Assembly (NCBI GenBank): GCA_900755685.1
Contig: CAAEHI010000052.1
Span: forward strand, 39,150-103,149
DNA from: an uncultured Collinsella sp.
GTDB lineage: Bacteria > Actinomycetota > Coriobacteriia > Coriobacteriales > Coriobacteriaceae
Length of the DNA: 64,000 nucleotides
Reading direction: 5' to 3'
Positions 1-8,831 of the stretch are shown here, piece by piece. The position numbers were made by a program, and so were the translations under genes. Numbering within the stretch: the stretch's first letter is position 1; the number at the start of each line of letters is the position of its first letter. Below the pieces are notes generated by a model, which was not told the origin of the DNA, did no database searches, and saw nothing but the letters and a program-made list of their open reading frames with translations.

Positions 1-257
1 CCTCCATCGTGGTCTACGCGACCATGAACATTGGTGGCGCCATCCTGACCGAGTCTGCTCTGTCCTTCCTCGGCATGGGCGTTATTCCGCCTACGCCTTC
101 GTGGGGCTCCATGATTCAGGACGGTCAGCAGTATCTGCTGACTGCTCCCTGGATGATGATCATGCCCGGTCTGGCAATTCTCTCGACGGTGCTCGCCTTC
201 ACCCTGCTGGGTGACGGTTTGCGCGACGCCCTCGACGTCAAGATGAAGGACGCATAA
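1..257 (+). CDS. Oligopeptide/dipeptide ABC transporter permease, C-terminal fragment (gene begins upstream of the window)
   Basis: Open frame from the window edge to the stop at 255-257. The translation ends with a typical OppC/DppC permease C-terminus (…PSWGSMIQDGQQYL…AILSTVLAFTLLGDGLRDALD). Confidence 0.8.
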   Translation, partial: SIVVYATMNIGGAILTESALSFLGMGVIPPTPSWGSMIQDGQQYLLTAPWMMIMPGLAILSTVLAFTLLGDGLRDALDVKMKDA

Positions 258-259
258 GG

Positions 260-1351
260 ATGAAGAAGAACAAGAACTATGTGGACCTGAAGGACCAGCC
301 GGTTCCCGAGGGCCAGCATCTGCTCGAGGTCGATGACCTAAAGATGTATTTCCACACCGAGGATGGCGTCGTTCGCGCTGTCGACGGTGTCTCCTACACG
401 CTCGATCGCGGCGAGACCCTGGGCGTCGTCGGTGAGTCCGGCTCCGGTAAGTCCGTGACCGCCATGACCATCATGGGCCTTATCTCGATGCCTCCGGGAA
501 AGATTGAGGGCGGCGACGTTCGCTATCGCGGTCGTTCTATCCTCGAGATGACCGAGGAAGAGATGCAGCACATTCGCGGTAACGATATCGCGATGATCTT
601 CCAGGATCCTATGACCTCCTTGAACCCGGTCTATAAGATCGGCAAGCAGGTAGGCGAGGGTCTTCGTCTGCACCGTGGCTACTCCAAGCAGGAGGCGCTC
701 AAGCGCGCCACCGAGCTTTTGGACCTCGTTGGCATTCCCGAGCCCGAGAAGCGCGTCAATGAGTATCCGCACCAGTTCTCTGGCGGTATGCGTCAGCGCG
801 TCATGATCGCTATGGCTCTTGCCTGCGACCCCGATATTCTGATTGCCGACGAGCCCACGACTGCCTTGGACGTTACCATTCAGGCTCAGATTATTGAGCT
901 TATGCAGGAAATGCAGGAGAAGAACGGCAACGCCATCATCATGATCACCCATGACCTGGGCGTTGTCGCCGATATGGCTGACAAGATCATGGTTATGTAC
1001 GCCGGCCGTCCCGTCGAGTTCGGTACTGCTGAGGAAATCTTCTACGAGAGCCGCCACCCCTACACCTGGGGCCTTATCCGCTCCATCCCGGAGCAGGCCA
1101 TCGAAGAGAAGAAGCCTCTTACGCCGATTCACGGCAACCCGCCTTCGCTCATGAACCTGCCTGAGGGCTGCGTCTTCTCTCCTCGCTGCCCCTATGCGAC
1201 GGACAAGTGCCGCAAACAGCGCCCCGAGCGCGTTGTCACCGAGTCTGGTCATTACTCTGCGTGCCACTACTCCGGTGACCCCGAGTTCCTCAAGAACGCT
1301 CCTGAGACGTCCCGTACGCGCAAGGATTCCAAGAAGGGAGGCGAGGCGTAA
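260..1351 (+). CDS. oppD: Oligopeptide ABC transporter ATP-binding protein (OppD-type)
   Basis: 363 aa. Walker A GESGSGKS, ABC signature FSGGMRQR, Walker B ILIADEPTTALD and the OppD/F-type C-terminal Cys-rich tail. The start sits 2 nt after the permease stop. Confidence 0.9.
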   Translation: MKKNKNYVDLKDQPVPEGQHLLEVDDLKMYFHTEDGVVRAVDGVSYTLDRGETLGVVGESGSGKSVTAMTIMGLISMPPGKIEGGDVRYRGRSILEMTEEEMQHIRGNDIAMIFQDPMTSLNPVYKIGKQVGEGLRLHRGYSKQEALKRATELLDLVGIPEPEKRVNEYPHQFSGGMRQRVMIAMALACDPDILIADEPTTALDVTIQAQIIELMQEMQEKNGNAIIMITHDLGVVADMADKIMVMYAGRPVEFGTAEEIFYESRHPYTWGLIRSIPEQAIEEKKPLTPIHGNPPSLMNLPEGCVFSPRCPYATDKCRKQRPERVVTESGHYSACHYSGDPEFLKNAPETSRTRKDSKKGGEA

Positions 1352-2379
1352 TGGCAGATACCAACGAGCGCACTCCGCTGCTGAAGGTCGAGCACCTCTC
1401 TAAGGAGTTTCCCGCTGAGTCCGGCATGTTCGCCAAGCGCTTCTCCAAGCGTGTCGTCTCTGCTGTAAATGACATCTCTTTTGAGATTTATCCTGGCGAG
1501 ACCTTTGGTCTGGTTGGCGAGTCTGGTTGCGGCAAGTCCACGACGGGCCGCACCATCATGCGTCTGACCAAGCCGACCGCCGGTAAGGTGTTCTTCCAGG
1601 GCAAAGATGTTGCCGAGATGAGCAAGCATGAGATCAAGGACATGCGTCGCGAGATGCAGTTTATCTTCCAGGATCCTTATGCTTCGCTCAACCCTCGTAT
1701 GACCATCGGAGAGATTGTCTCCGAGCCCATGACCATTCATGGCGTGGGTACCAAGGAGGAGCGCATTGAGCGCGTCCGCGAGCTTCTCGACGTCGTTGGA
1801 CTGAACCCCGAGCACATCAACCGCTATCCGCATGAGTTCTCCGGCGGTCAGCGTCAGCGTGTCGGCATTGCCCGCGCTTTTGCGCTGAAGCCCAAGCTGA
1901 TTATCTGCGACGAGCCGGTTTCCGCTCTGGATGTGTCCATTCAGGCCCAGGTTCTGAACCTACTGAAGGAGCTCCAGGACAAGTTCGGTACCGCATATCT
2001 GTTTATCGCCCACGACTTGTCCGTCGTGCAGCACATCTCCGATCGCGTTGCCGTTATGTATCTGGGTAAGATGGTCGAGGTTTCGGACTGGAAGACGCTC
2101 TACAGCGAGCCTCACCATCCGTACACGCAGTCGCTGCTGTCTGCCGTGCCGGTTCCCGATCCTGATATCCAGAAGACCCGCAAGCGCATCATCCTCGCTG
2201 GCGATCCGCCGTCGCCGCTGGATCCGCCGACCGGCTGCCGTTTCCACACGCGCTGCCCGATCGCTCAGGGCATCTGCTCCGAGAAGCTTCCCGAGTTTAA
2301 GGAAGTCGCACCGGGTCACTGCTGCGCCTGCCACTTCGCGGAGCCGTTCCCGATTAAGGAATCGCACATCGACTTGTAG
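1351..2379 (+). CDS. oppF: Oligopeptide ABC transporter ATP-binding protein (OppF-type)
   Basis: 342 aa. Walker A GESGCGKST, signature FSGGQRQR, Walker B ICDEPVSALD. The ATG overlaps the oppD stop (TAATG). Confidence 0.9.
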   Translation: MADTNERTPLLKVEHLSKEFPAESGMFAKRFSKRVVSAVNDISFEIYPGETFGLVGESGCGKSTTGRTIMRLTKPTAGKVFFQGKDVAEMSKHEIKDMRREMQFIFQDPYASLNPRMTIGEIVSEPMTIHGVGTKEERIERVRELLDVVGLNPEHINRYPHEFSGGQRQRVGIARAFALKPKLIICDEPVSALDVSIQAQVLNLLKELQDKFGTAYLFIAHDLSVVQHISDRVAVMYLGKMVEVSDWKTLYSEPHHPYTQSLLSAVPVPDPDIQKTRKRIILAGDPPSPLDPPTGCRFHTRCPIAQGICSEKLPEFKEVAPGHCCACHFAEPFPIKESHIDL

Positions 2380-2395
2380 CCGGTTGTTATCGTCC

Positions 2396-2522
2396 GGGCC
2401 CGCCCTGAAGTTACTTTTCAGAACGTCCTCGGACATGCAAGAAACCCCCGCTGCGCACTTCGTGCGGCGGGGGGTTCTTGCGTCCTGCGGAGTGTTCTGA
2501 AAAGTAACTTCAGGGCGGGCCC
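2396..2522. repeat. 127-nt perfect palindrome (29-bp arms) enclosing a second nested hairpin; probable terminator without a U-tract, or a structured RNA
   Basis: gggcccgccctgaagttacttttcagaac…gttctgaaaagtaacttcagggcgggccc. The inner hairpin is caagaaacccccgc…gcggggggttcttg with an innermost cgcac-ttc-gtgcg. Confidence 0.5.
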
Positions 2523-2707
2523 TGGGGTAACTCGGCAGGGAGAGTGCGATTCCTCGATCGCTCACTTAATCAAATGGAAAAGTTAGTGAGGCCGGAGCTT
2601 TGGCTCCGGCCTCCTCATATAAGGGCTCGGCAAAGCCGAGCCACCAAATTTGCATCAGCCCCCAGAACATGTTTGAGAACTGTGCACGGAGTACATACCC
2701 CTAGGGC

Positions 2708-2824
2708 CGGAATGAGGTTGCTTTCCAACGCATTCCGCAGGGGGCGGCATTATTTTGTAGCGCGAAGCGCGGAGCAAAATAATGCCGCATGCCCGAGGAC
2801 GCGTTGGAAAGCAACCTCATTCCG
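2708..2824. repeat. 117-nt perfect palindrome (24-bp arms) with a nested inner hairpin
   Basis: cggaatgaggttgctttccaacgc…gcgttggaaagcaacctcattccg. Inner hairpin gcggcattattttg…caaaataatgccgc with an innermost cgcg-aag-cgcg. Confidence 0.5.
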
Positions 2825-2885
2825 CCCCGAACAGGTCCGTCTACCTGCACATCTACAAATTCGTAAACTTTTTTGAAAAAAGTGC

Positions 2886-2914
2886 TTGCACAGTTCTCGA
2901 ATCATAGGTTATTA
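2886..2914 (+). promoter_or_regulatory. Putative sigma-70-type promoter for tRNA-Leu (UP-like A-tract, -35 ttgcac, -10 ttatta)
   Basis: ttttgaaaaaagtgcttgcac, then 17 nt, then ttatta. The UP/-35 part is nearly identical to the elements upstream of the tRNA-Gly copies at 6357 and 8712. Confidence 0.4.
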
Positions 2915-2972
2915 TCTTCCTCGTTGAACGCGCGGTTCCAACAAAACGAACCGTGAATCAACAACATAGCAT

Positions 2973-3062
2973 GTCGGAGTGGCGGAATTGGCAGACGCGC
3001 TAGCTTGAGGTGCTAGTGACCGCTTTTTGGTCATGCGGGTTCAAGTCCCGCCTCCGACACCA
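2973..3062 (+). tRNA. tRNA-Leu, anticodon GAG, with long variable arm and encoded CCA
   Basis: Acceptor stem gtcggag/ctccgac, anticodon stem ctagc/gctag with loop ttGAGgt, long variable arm, T-arm gcggg-ttcaagt-cccgc, 3' ACCA. Confidence 0.9.
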
Positions 3063-3072
3063 TCGCATTTGA

Positions 3073-3097
3073 GAAGCCTCTTCGGAGGCTTTTTTGT
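3073..3097 (+). terminator. Rho-independent terminator after tRNA-Leu
   Basis: aagcctc-ttcg-gaggctt followed by tttttt. Confidence 0.7.
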
Positions 3098-3121
3098 TAC
3101 CGATAGACGGTGAGGTCCACG

Positions 3122-5467
3122 ATGGAAACGCTTGAACGCAACGAGTGGGCAGATGTTGCCCAACTGGTCGAGATCACGAGCGATGCTGTCATCATTTGCG
3201 AGCTCGACGGAACCATTCTGCATGTGAATAATCGCTTACTTGGCTTGATGTGCGAGGAACGTGCCGACGTCATCGGTGGAGATGTTAAAGACGTCCTGTA
3301 CTCGTCCGCTTTTGAACGTGCGACGGAACATCGTCTGCCATTTGAAACTGATGGCTCCGAGAACGAACTGATGCTCAAGCTGAGTGACGGCTCTTTTATC
3401 CCCGTCTTGGTTCGTGCGGGCTCCGTAACGCCTCCACGCATCTTTGGGCGCCGCGCACCACGTGTCCTAGTGGCGCTTCACAGTATCGAGGAACAGTATT
3501 CTCACGACCGTCAACTTAAGCGTGCGTTATCGGAGCTTAGAGTGGCGAACAAGCGTCTCTCTGGCACGCTCTCGGTCATTATGAGCACTGTGGGCTCCGA
3601 TGAGTTACCCAGCCTGCTTGATACTGTTTTGAACCAGCTTGTAGGAACGCTCGATGCTTCGGGTGCCGCTATCTATTTTTCTGAGAGCGGCGGTTTTAAG
3701 CTACGCGGTGTTTCCAAGGAGCTGTATGACAGCTACCTGCCTGAGTTTTTGCCGTATGGCGCTGGCATTCCGACGTATGTTCTTCGCGAGTCGCGTGCCT
3801 GTCGCTTGTCGATTCAACAGGACCTTGAGGGCGATAGGGCCGCCTCCGGTATGTTCATGGACTTGGACAATCGTTCTAAGCACCTGTTGCGCGTGCAGGA
3901 TATGCCTCCGTACCGCAGCGAGATTTGTCTTCCCGTTTTTTACGGTACGCAGATCCTTGGCGTGCTTGAAGTTGGTTGGAAACGCCCCCAGGCACCGCTC
4001 GCCTATGACGTTAATGTGCTCGAGGTCATTTGCGATTACCTGTCTATCCAGCTGGTCGGCATGGCATCGAGCCTTCGCTCCCGTCGCACGGCCGAGCTTG
4101 GCCGCTCGCTCAATGTCTTGCGTGATGAGTTGTTTGCCTTTCTAGACGATTCCGCCGCGGCTACCCAGGCGGTATCGTCCGAGATCTGCAATATGCTTAA
4201 CTGCCATTTTTGCCCTGTTGAGTATGACGCCAGTCTGGATTCCTACGTCATAGATTTTGAAGGCGGCAGTCGCGTTGCTTTGCCGGACGATCCCGAGAAG
4301 CTTTTCTTTTCCACGACGGCGCCAGCGGCACGTCTGGGGGCTGGCCCTGATGGCTTTGAGGCATCTGTTTTGGGCGGTACGAGTGCCGAGGACCTTAAAC
4401 ACGTCCGTATAACTCGCGTTGACGAATCGATGCCTATGGGAGGCTGGCTTAGGGCGCACGGTCTGCCTTGTCAAGGTCTCTACGTTGACTCCGGCATCGA
4501 GGCGGGGCGCCCGCGCTCTGAGGGTGATGGCAGGCACAGTAACGACGCGATTGTTCCTGCTTCTGTTGCGAAGAGCCCGACGACGCGCGCGCTGCTGCTT
4601 CGTGATGGTAGCCAAGAGCCGATTGATGATCTTGAATATGACTACTTGGTGCACTTGGCGCATGACTTTGAACTGATCTACGAAGGCGAATCTCAAAAGC
4701 GCGAGGAGCGCCATATCGCTCAGACCCTTCAGATCGGCATGAGAAATTCCCTGGGGGATGTTCCGGGTATCGCAACCGATTCGGTGTACCTGTCGGCCAC
4801 GAACTCGGCGTTGGTCGGCGGCGATTTCTATACGCTCATCCGTCTTCCCGACGACTGCGCCGTCATGATTCTGGGTGATGTGTCTGGCAAAGGCATTGAG
4901 GCCGCATCGATGTCCGCGCTCGTCAAGACGGCCCTGACGGCATATGCCTGGGAGGGCGCTGGACCGGCCCGCATGGCACGCTCCCTTAACAGCATGCTCA
5001 TGGGCTTTTCGAGGGTCGAGACGTTCGTGACGGCCTTTATCGCCAAGATTGACCTTAAGGCCGGACGCGCAACGTATTGTTCGGCGGGCCATCCTCCGAC
5101 CATGGTCATCAGGCCAGAGTCGATGCCGCTGGGTGGCGGTGAGGCACGTGGGGGAGAGGTTGAGCTGCTTGGATGCCAATCGGGCGTAATCGGTGCCTTT
5201 GAGAGCATGGTGTACGAGACAGGCGTGTTTACGTTCGCCCCCGGCGACATGCTCTTCATGTATACGGATGGAACGATTGAGGCCCGCGACCGCACCGGAG
5301 CGTTCTTTGGCGAGCAGCGCTTGCGCGACCTTCTGCTTTCTGTTTCGGGGGAGGGCGTGTCGGGCATTTGCGGCAAGGTCTTGGGCGAGCTTGACCGATT
5401 TACCGAATCGGCGCTGGACGATGACATTGCATTGGTGTCCCTTGAGTTTTTACGGGGTCGTTCATAG
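3122..5467 (+). CDS. Sensor serine phosphatase: PAS and GAF domains plus a PP2C (SpoIIE/RsbU-type) phosphatase domain
   Basis: RBS ggtgagg 6 nt before the ATG at 3122. N-terminal PAS-like region, a central GAF-like region, and C-terminal PP2C motifs (GGDFYT…ILGDVSGKGIEAA…TAFIAKID…SAGHPP…FMYTDG). Confidence 0.8.
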   Translation: METLERNEWADVAQLVEITSDAVIICELDGTILHVNNRLLGLMCEERADVIGGDVKDVLYSSAFERATEHRLPFETDGSENELMLKLSDGSFIPVLVRAGSVTPPRIFGRRAPRVLVALHSIEEQYSHDRQLKRALSELRVANKRLSGTLSVIMSTVGSDELPSLLDTVLNQLVGTLDASGAAIYFSESGGFKLRGVSKELYDSYLPEFLPYGAGIPTYVLRESRACRLSIQQDLEGDRAASGMFMDLDNRSKHLLRVQDMPPYRSEICLPVFYGTQILGVLEVGWKRPQAPLAYDVNVLEVICDYLSIQLVGMASSLRSRRTAELGRSLNVLRDELFAFLDDSAAATQAVSSEICNMLNCHFCPVEYDASLDSYVIDFEGGSRVALPDDPEKLFFSTTAPAARLGAGPDGFEASVLGGTSAEDLKHVRITRVDESMPMGGWLRAHGLPCQGLYVDSGIEAGRPRSEGDGRHSNDAIVPASVAKSPTTRALLLRDGSQEPIDDLEYDYLVHLAHDFELIYEGESQKREERHIAQTLQIGMRNSLGDVPGIATDSVYLSATNSALVGGDFYTLIRLPDDCAVMILGDVSGKGIEAASMSALVKTALTAYAWEGAGPARMARSLNSMLMGFSRVETFVTAFIAKIDLKAGRATYCSAGHPPTMVIRPESMPLGGGEARGGEVELLGCQSGVIGAFESMVYETGVFTFAPGDMLFMYTDGTIEARDRTGAFFGEQRLRDLLLSVSGEGVSGICGKVLGELDRFTESALDDDIALVSLEFLRGRS

Positions 5468-5545
5468 ACGACGCTGGGCGGGCTGAGTCCGTACGGTTGG
5501 GGAAACGAATGCATCGAGTGGGCTTTTTTGGGGAACCATGGTCGT

Positions 5546-6292
5546 ATGAATGAGTGGAATGACATAGCGGTTTTGACGCCACCAGGCGATATCGACATCG
5601 CCACGGTGCCTGCGCTGCGTCGGCGGTTGGATGCCTTGATTGGCCGCGGCGTGCGTCGTGTCGTTATCAACTGTCAGGCTGTTAGCTTTATCGATTCGAC
5701 GGGCTTGGCATTCCTGCTTACGCGCGCTCGTGAGCTCATGAGGCGAGAAGGCCTGCTTTCGCTCGTCAATGCATCAGGTGAAGTTGTTCGCTTTTTGGAG
5801 ATTGCTCGTCTTGTCGATATCCTTCATGTCGCGGGGCCGGCACGGGAGTCTATTCCCGCTATTCCGGTGGGGGAGCTGCCTCGCTGGAGTAAGAGTGTCG
5901 AGGTCCGTCAGGGTATCGAGAATCTTCCATACTACCGACATCGCATCGCCGAACTCCTTGAATCGCTTCCGTTGCGCCGTGACGAGCGCTACGATGTCGC
6001 ATTGGCATCGGGGGAGGCGCTGGGTAATGCCTATGACCATGCGGGCGGTATCGGGTGCGTCCTGACGGTTCAGGCCTATGGCGATCGCGTTGTGGTTGAG
6101 GTGCTTGATCGAGGTGCCGGCTATTCTATCGATGAAACGAGCGAGCCGGTCGCATCTGAGGAACGCGGCCGTGGTATCAAGCTTATGCGTATGCTCGTCG
6201 ATAACGTGGAGGTTGCTCGTCGTACGGACGGCGCCGGCACGCGCGTGCAGATGGTGAAGCTGTTTAGCGGAGCGCTGGAATCGTGCGCCTAG
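5546..6292 (+). CDS. Fused anti-sigma-factor antagonist (STAS) and anti-sigma serine kinase (RsbW/SpoIIAB-like GHKL ATPase)
   Basis: The N-terminal ~110 aa are STAS-like (VINCQAVSFIDSTGLAFLL). The C-terminal ~130 aa carry GHKL motifs (EALGNAYDHAG, VLDRGAGY, RGRGIKLMR). The start codon is uncertain: the frame opens at TTG 5528, the first ATG is 5546. Confidence 0.75.
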   Translation: MNEWNDIAVLTPPGDIDIATVPALRRRLDALIGRGVRRVVINCQAVSFIDSTGLAFLLTRARELMRREGLLSLVNASGEVVRFLEIARLVDILHVAGPARESIPAIPVGELPRWSKSVEVRQGIENLPYYRHRIAELLESLPLRRDERYDVALASGEALGNAYDHAGGIGCVLTVQAYGDRVVVEVLDRGAGYSIDETSEPVASEERGRGIKLMRMLVDNVEVARRTDGAGTRVQMVKLFSGALESCA

Positions 6293-6356
6293 CCAATCGC
6301 TTTAGCGCGTTTGGCTATTAAGAACATGCGGCAGACAAGTTTTTTGAAAAAAGTAC

Positions 6357-6385
6357 TTGCGTCTTTTGGACAACTCGCGTAAATT
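6357..6385 (+). promoter_or_regulatory. Promoter of the tRNA-Gly/Cys/Gly cluster (-35 ttgcgt, 17-nt spacer, -10 taaatt, upstream A-tract)
   Basis: ttttttgaaaaaagtacttgcgt-(17 nt)-taaatt, ending 12 nt before the tRNA 5' end. Confidence 0.55.
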
Positions 6386-6397
6386 AATAACCCGCAA

Positions 6398-6473
6398 GCG
6401 GACATGGCTCAGTTGGTAGAGCACAACCTTGCCAAGGTTGGGGTCGCGGGTTCGAGCCCCGTTGTCCGCTCCA
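6398..6473 (+). tRNA. tRNA-Gly, anticodon GCC (copy 1 of 3 identical copies)
   Basis: gcggacatggctcagttggtagagcacaaccttGCCaaggttggggtcgcgggttcgagccccgttgtccgctcca. Cloverleaf with anticodon stem caacc/ggttg and encoded CCA. Confidence 0.9.
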
Positions 6474-6507
6474 TTGCATTTCCGGACCGTTTAGGCGGTC
6501 CTTTTTC

Positions 6508-6581
6508 GGCGAAGTGGCCAAGTGGTAAGGCAGAGGCCTGCAAAGCCTTTACCCCCGGTTCGAATCCGGGCTTCGCCTCCA
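6508..6581 (+). tRNA. tRNA-Cys, anticodon GCA
   Basis: Acceptor ggcgaag/cttcgcc, anticodon loop ctGCAaa, T-arm cccgg-ttcgaat-ccggg, encoded CCA. A small hairpin with a T-tract lies just upstream (6483-6507). Confidence 0.9.
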
Positions 6582-6623
6582 GGCAACATCCGGGCGCTCC
6601 GGCGCCCGTTTTGTTTTACATAT

Positions 6624-6699
6624 GCGGACATGGCTCAGTTGGTAGAGCACAACCTTGCCAAGGTTGGGGTCGCGGGTTCGAGCCCCGTTGTCCGCTCCA
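6624..6699 (+). tRNA. tRNA-Gly, anticodon GCC (copy 2, identical to copy 1)
   Basis: 76/76 identity with 6398-6473. Confidence 0.9.
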
Positions 6700-6707
6700 A
6701 ACGCAGC

Positions 6708-6739
6708 AGCCCGACTACCACGGTAGCCGGGCTTTTTTG
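6708..6739 (+). terminator. Rho-independent terminator after the tRNA cluster
   Basis: cccgactacc-ac-ggtagccggg followed by cttttttgt. Confidence 0.55.
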
Positions 6740-6877
6740 TACCCATCGCCTGGGCTCGAACCCGAGAGGGAGCGAGCGTTTTGGGGCGTGGCTGTGGCGT
6801 TGTTTGCCGCGAATGTCCGCTTTGGGCGTATCATCGTGGGCATCTCGCATAACCTCGTTGCAAGGGAGATATGTCCC

Positions 6878-8611
6878 ATGACTACAGAAAAGTCTTCTTC
6901 GCGCTCATGGATGTCTGATGCCGCGATCTATCAGATCTACCCGCGCTCGTTTAAGGATTCGACTGGTTCGGGTCTGGGTGATATCGCGGGCATTACCCAG
7001 CAGATGGACTATCTTGAGCGGCTGGGTATCGAGGCCATCTGGCTGAGCCCGTTTTACCCATCGCCTCTTGTCGATGGTGGCTATGATGTGACGGACTACT
7101 GCGATGTCGATCCACGTCTCGGCTCGCTTGGCGACTTCGATGACATGATCGCTGCGGCTCACGCGCGCGGCATCAGGATTATCGTCGATATCGTGCCCAA
7201 CCATTCATCCAACCAGCACCCCTGGTTCAAAGCCGCTCTTGCCGCCGGCTCCGGATCGCCCGAGCGCGCCCGTTATATCTTCCGCGATGGTCGCGGCGAG
7301 CATGGCGAGCTGCCTCCCACCAATTGGAATGCCAACTTTGGCGGCCCCGCATGGACGCGTGTTGCGGACGGTCAGTGGTATCTGCACATGTTTACGCCCG
7401 AGCAGCCGGACTTTGACTGGTCATGCCCTGAGGTTCACGCGCTCTTTTGCGACGTCCTGGCGTTTTGGAGCGATCGAGGCGTCGACGGCTTTCGCATTGA
7501 TGTGGCGCAGGGTCTCGCCAAGGATCTCGACCGCGATGACCTCGACCGGTGGCATCTCGCCGAGGGCGATGACATGGTTGACGACGGCACCCATCCGCTG
7601 TGGGACCGCAATGAGGTCCACGAGATCTATCGCGAGTGGCGCCGCGTGTTCGACCGCTATAATCCGCCGCGCTGCGCCGTTGCCGAGGCGTGGGTGCTGC
7701 CCGAGCGCCAGTATCTCTACGCGCGTCCCAGCGAGCTTGGCCAGACATTCAACTTTGAGTTTGCCAAGGCCACTTGGACCTATGATGACATGCACACTGC
7801 AATCGAGAAGGGCTTGAAGGCAGCCGTCGAATCTGATTCCGCCTCGACCTGGGTACTCTCCAACCACGACGTGCCGCGCGTGGCGACACGCTATGCCCTG
7901 CCGCAAATCAAGGCGACGCGCTACCACCAGATTGCGCTCGACTGGCTCTTACGCGACGGGTCGTCTTATGACGAGGACCGTGAACTCGGCGAGCGCCGCG
8001 CGCGGGCGGCCCTTTTGCTTGAGCTGGCGCTTCCGGGCTCGGCATACGTGTATCAGGGTGAGGAGCTCGGCCTTTTTGAGGTGGCTGATATCCCGTGGGC
8101 TGCACTCGAAGACCCTACTGCGACCAATACGCACGGACCGAAGCGTGAGAAGGGGCGCGACGGCTGTCGTGTGCCCCTGCCGTGGGTGGCGGCGGACGAT
8201 CCCGCGCATGGCGGATCGTTTGGGTTTTCGCCGGTGAACGCCGATGCGGCGCCCCATCTGCCGCAGCCTGCATGGTTTTCCGATTACGCTGCCGATAGGG
8301 AAGAAGCGGACCCGACATCGATGCTTACGCTCTATCGTGACGCCCTCTGGCTACGGCGCAAGCTGCGCGGGTGCGCCAACGATCTTGCGTGGCTTGATCT
8401 TGACGGGCGCACCGGTCTTGCGGATGGTGCCGAGGGCGCTGAGGGTGGTGTCATTGCCTATCGCCGCGATAACGGCTGGGCGTGTGTGACGAACTTTGGC
8501 GCAGCACCCGTGGAGCTGCCGGCGGGCAGGGTCCTGCTCACCTCATCACCGCTTGCAGACGGCAGGCTCGCGCAGGACAGCTCCGCCTGGATCATGCTCG
8601 GTGAGATGTAG
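6878..8611 (+). CDS. GH13 alpha-glucosidase, oligo-1,6-glucosidase-like
   Basis: RBS agggag before the ATG at 6878. AIYQIYPRSFKDS…GIRIIVDIVPNHSSNQHPWF…GFRIDVAQG and other GH13 alpha-amylase-family motifs. The six-frame ORF from 6404 runs through the tRNA genes and is not the real start. Confidence 0.85.
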   Translation: MTTEKSSSRSWMSDAAIYQIYPRSFKDSTGSGLGDIAGITQQMDYLERLGIEAIWLSPFYPSPLVDGGYDVTDYCDVDPRLGSLGDFDDMIAAAHARGIRIIVDIVPNHSSNQHPWFKAALAAGSGSPERARYIFRDGRGEHGELPPTNWNANFGGPAWTRVADGQWYLHMFTPEQPDFDWSCPEVHALFCDVLAFWSDRGVDGFRIDVAQGLAKDLDRDDLDRWHLAEGDDMVDDGTHPLWDRNEVHEIYREWRRVFDRYNPPRCAVAEAWVLPERQYLYARPSELGQTFNFEFAKATWTYDDMHTAIEKGLKAAVESDSASTWVLSNHDVPRVATRYALPQIKATRYHQIALDWLLRDGSSYDEDRELGERRARAALLLELALPGSAYVYQGEELGLFEVADIPWAALEDPTATNTHGPKREKGRDGCRVPLPWVAADDPAHGGSFGFSPVNADAAPHLPQPAWFSDYAADREEADPTSMLTLYRDALWLRRKLRGCANDLAWLDLDGRTGLADGAEGAEGGVIAYRRDNGWACVTNFGAAPVELPAGRVLLTSSPLADGRLAQDSSAWIMLGEM

Positions 8612-8711
8612 GGGCCTTTTGCGGCGAGTTTGCGTTTGTCTGCGCCTTCCGTGGTGGCTGATGTCTTCGCGAGGTTCGCGAGGGCGTCGCAAAACTTTTT
8701 AAAAAAAGATC

Positions 8712-8740
8712 TTGCATTTGGGTGGATCATCCCGTATATT
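8712..8740 (+). promoter_or_regulatory. Promoter of the tRNA-Gly/Val pair (-35 ttgcat, 17-nt spacer, -10 tatatt, upstream A-tract)
   Basis: ctttttaaaaaaagatcttgcat-(17 nt)-tatatt, ending 12 nt before the tRNA. Confidence 0.55.
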
Positions 8741-8752
8741 AAATCCTCGCAG

Positions 8753-8828
8753 GCGGACATGGCTCAGTTGGTAGAGCACAACCTTGCCAAGGTTGGGGTC
8801 GCGGGTTCGAGCCCCGTTGTCCGCTCCA
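8753..8828 (+). tRNA. tRNA-Gly, anticodon GCC (copy 3, identical)
   Basis: 76/76 identity with 6398-6473. Confidence 0.9.
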
Positions 8829-8831
8829 TTT

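Noticed and set aside
2544-2876. 110-aa ORF between oppF and tRNA-Leu.
   Set aside because: It lies entirely within the two giant palindromes. Its amino-acid sequence is itself quasi-palindromic and Arg-rich, typical of translating a hairpin, and it has no RBS.
6404-6877. N-terminal 158 codons of the 735-aa six-frame ORF that continues into the alpha-glucosidase. Also ORFs 6522-6881 and 8630-9001.
   Set aside because: These frames run straight through tRNA-Gly, tRNA-Cys and tRNA-Val genes; the translations literally read the tRNA sequences (…MAQLVEHNLAKVGVAGSSPVVRS… repeated three times). The real glucosidase start is the RBS-supported ATG at 6878.
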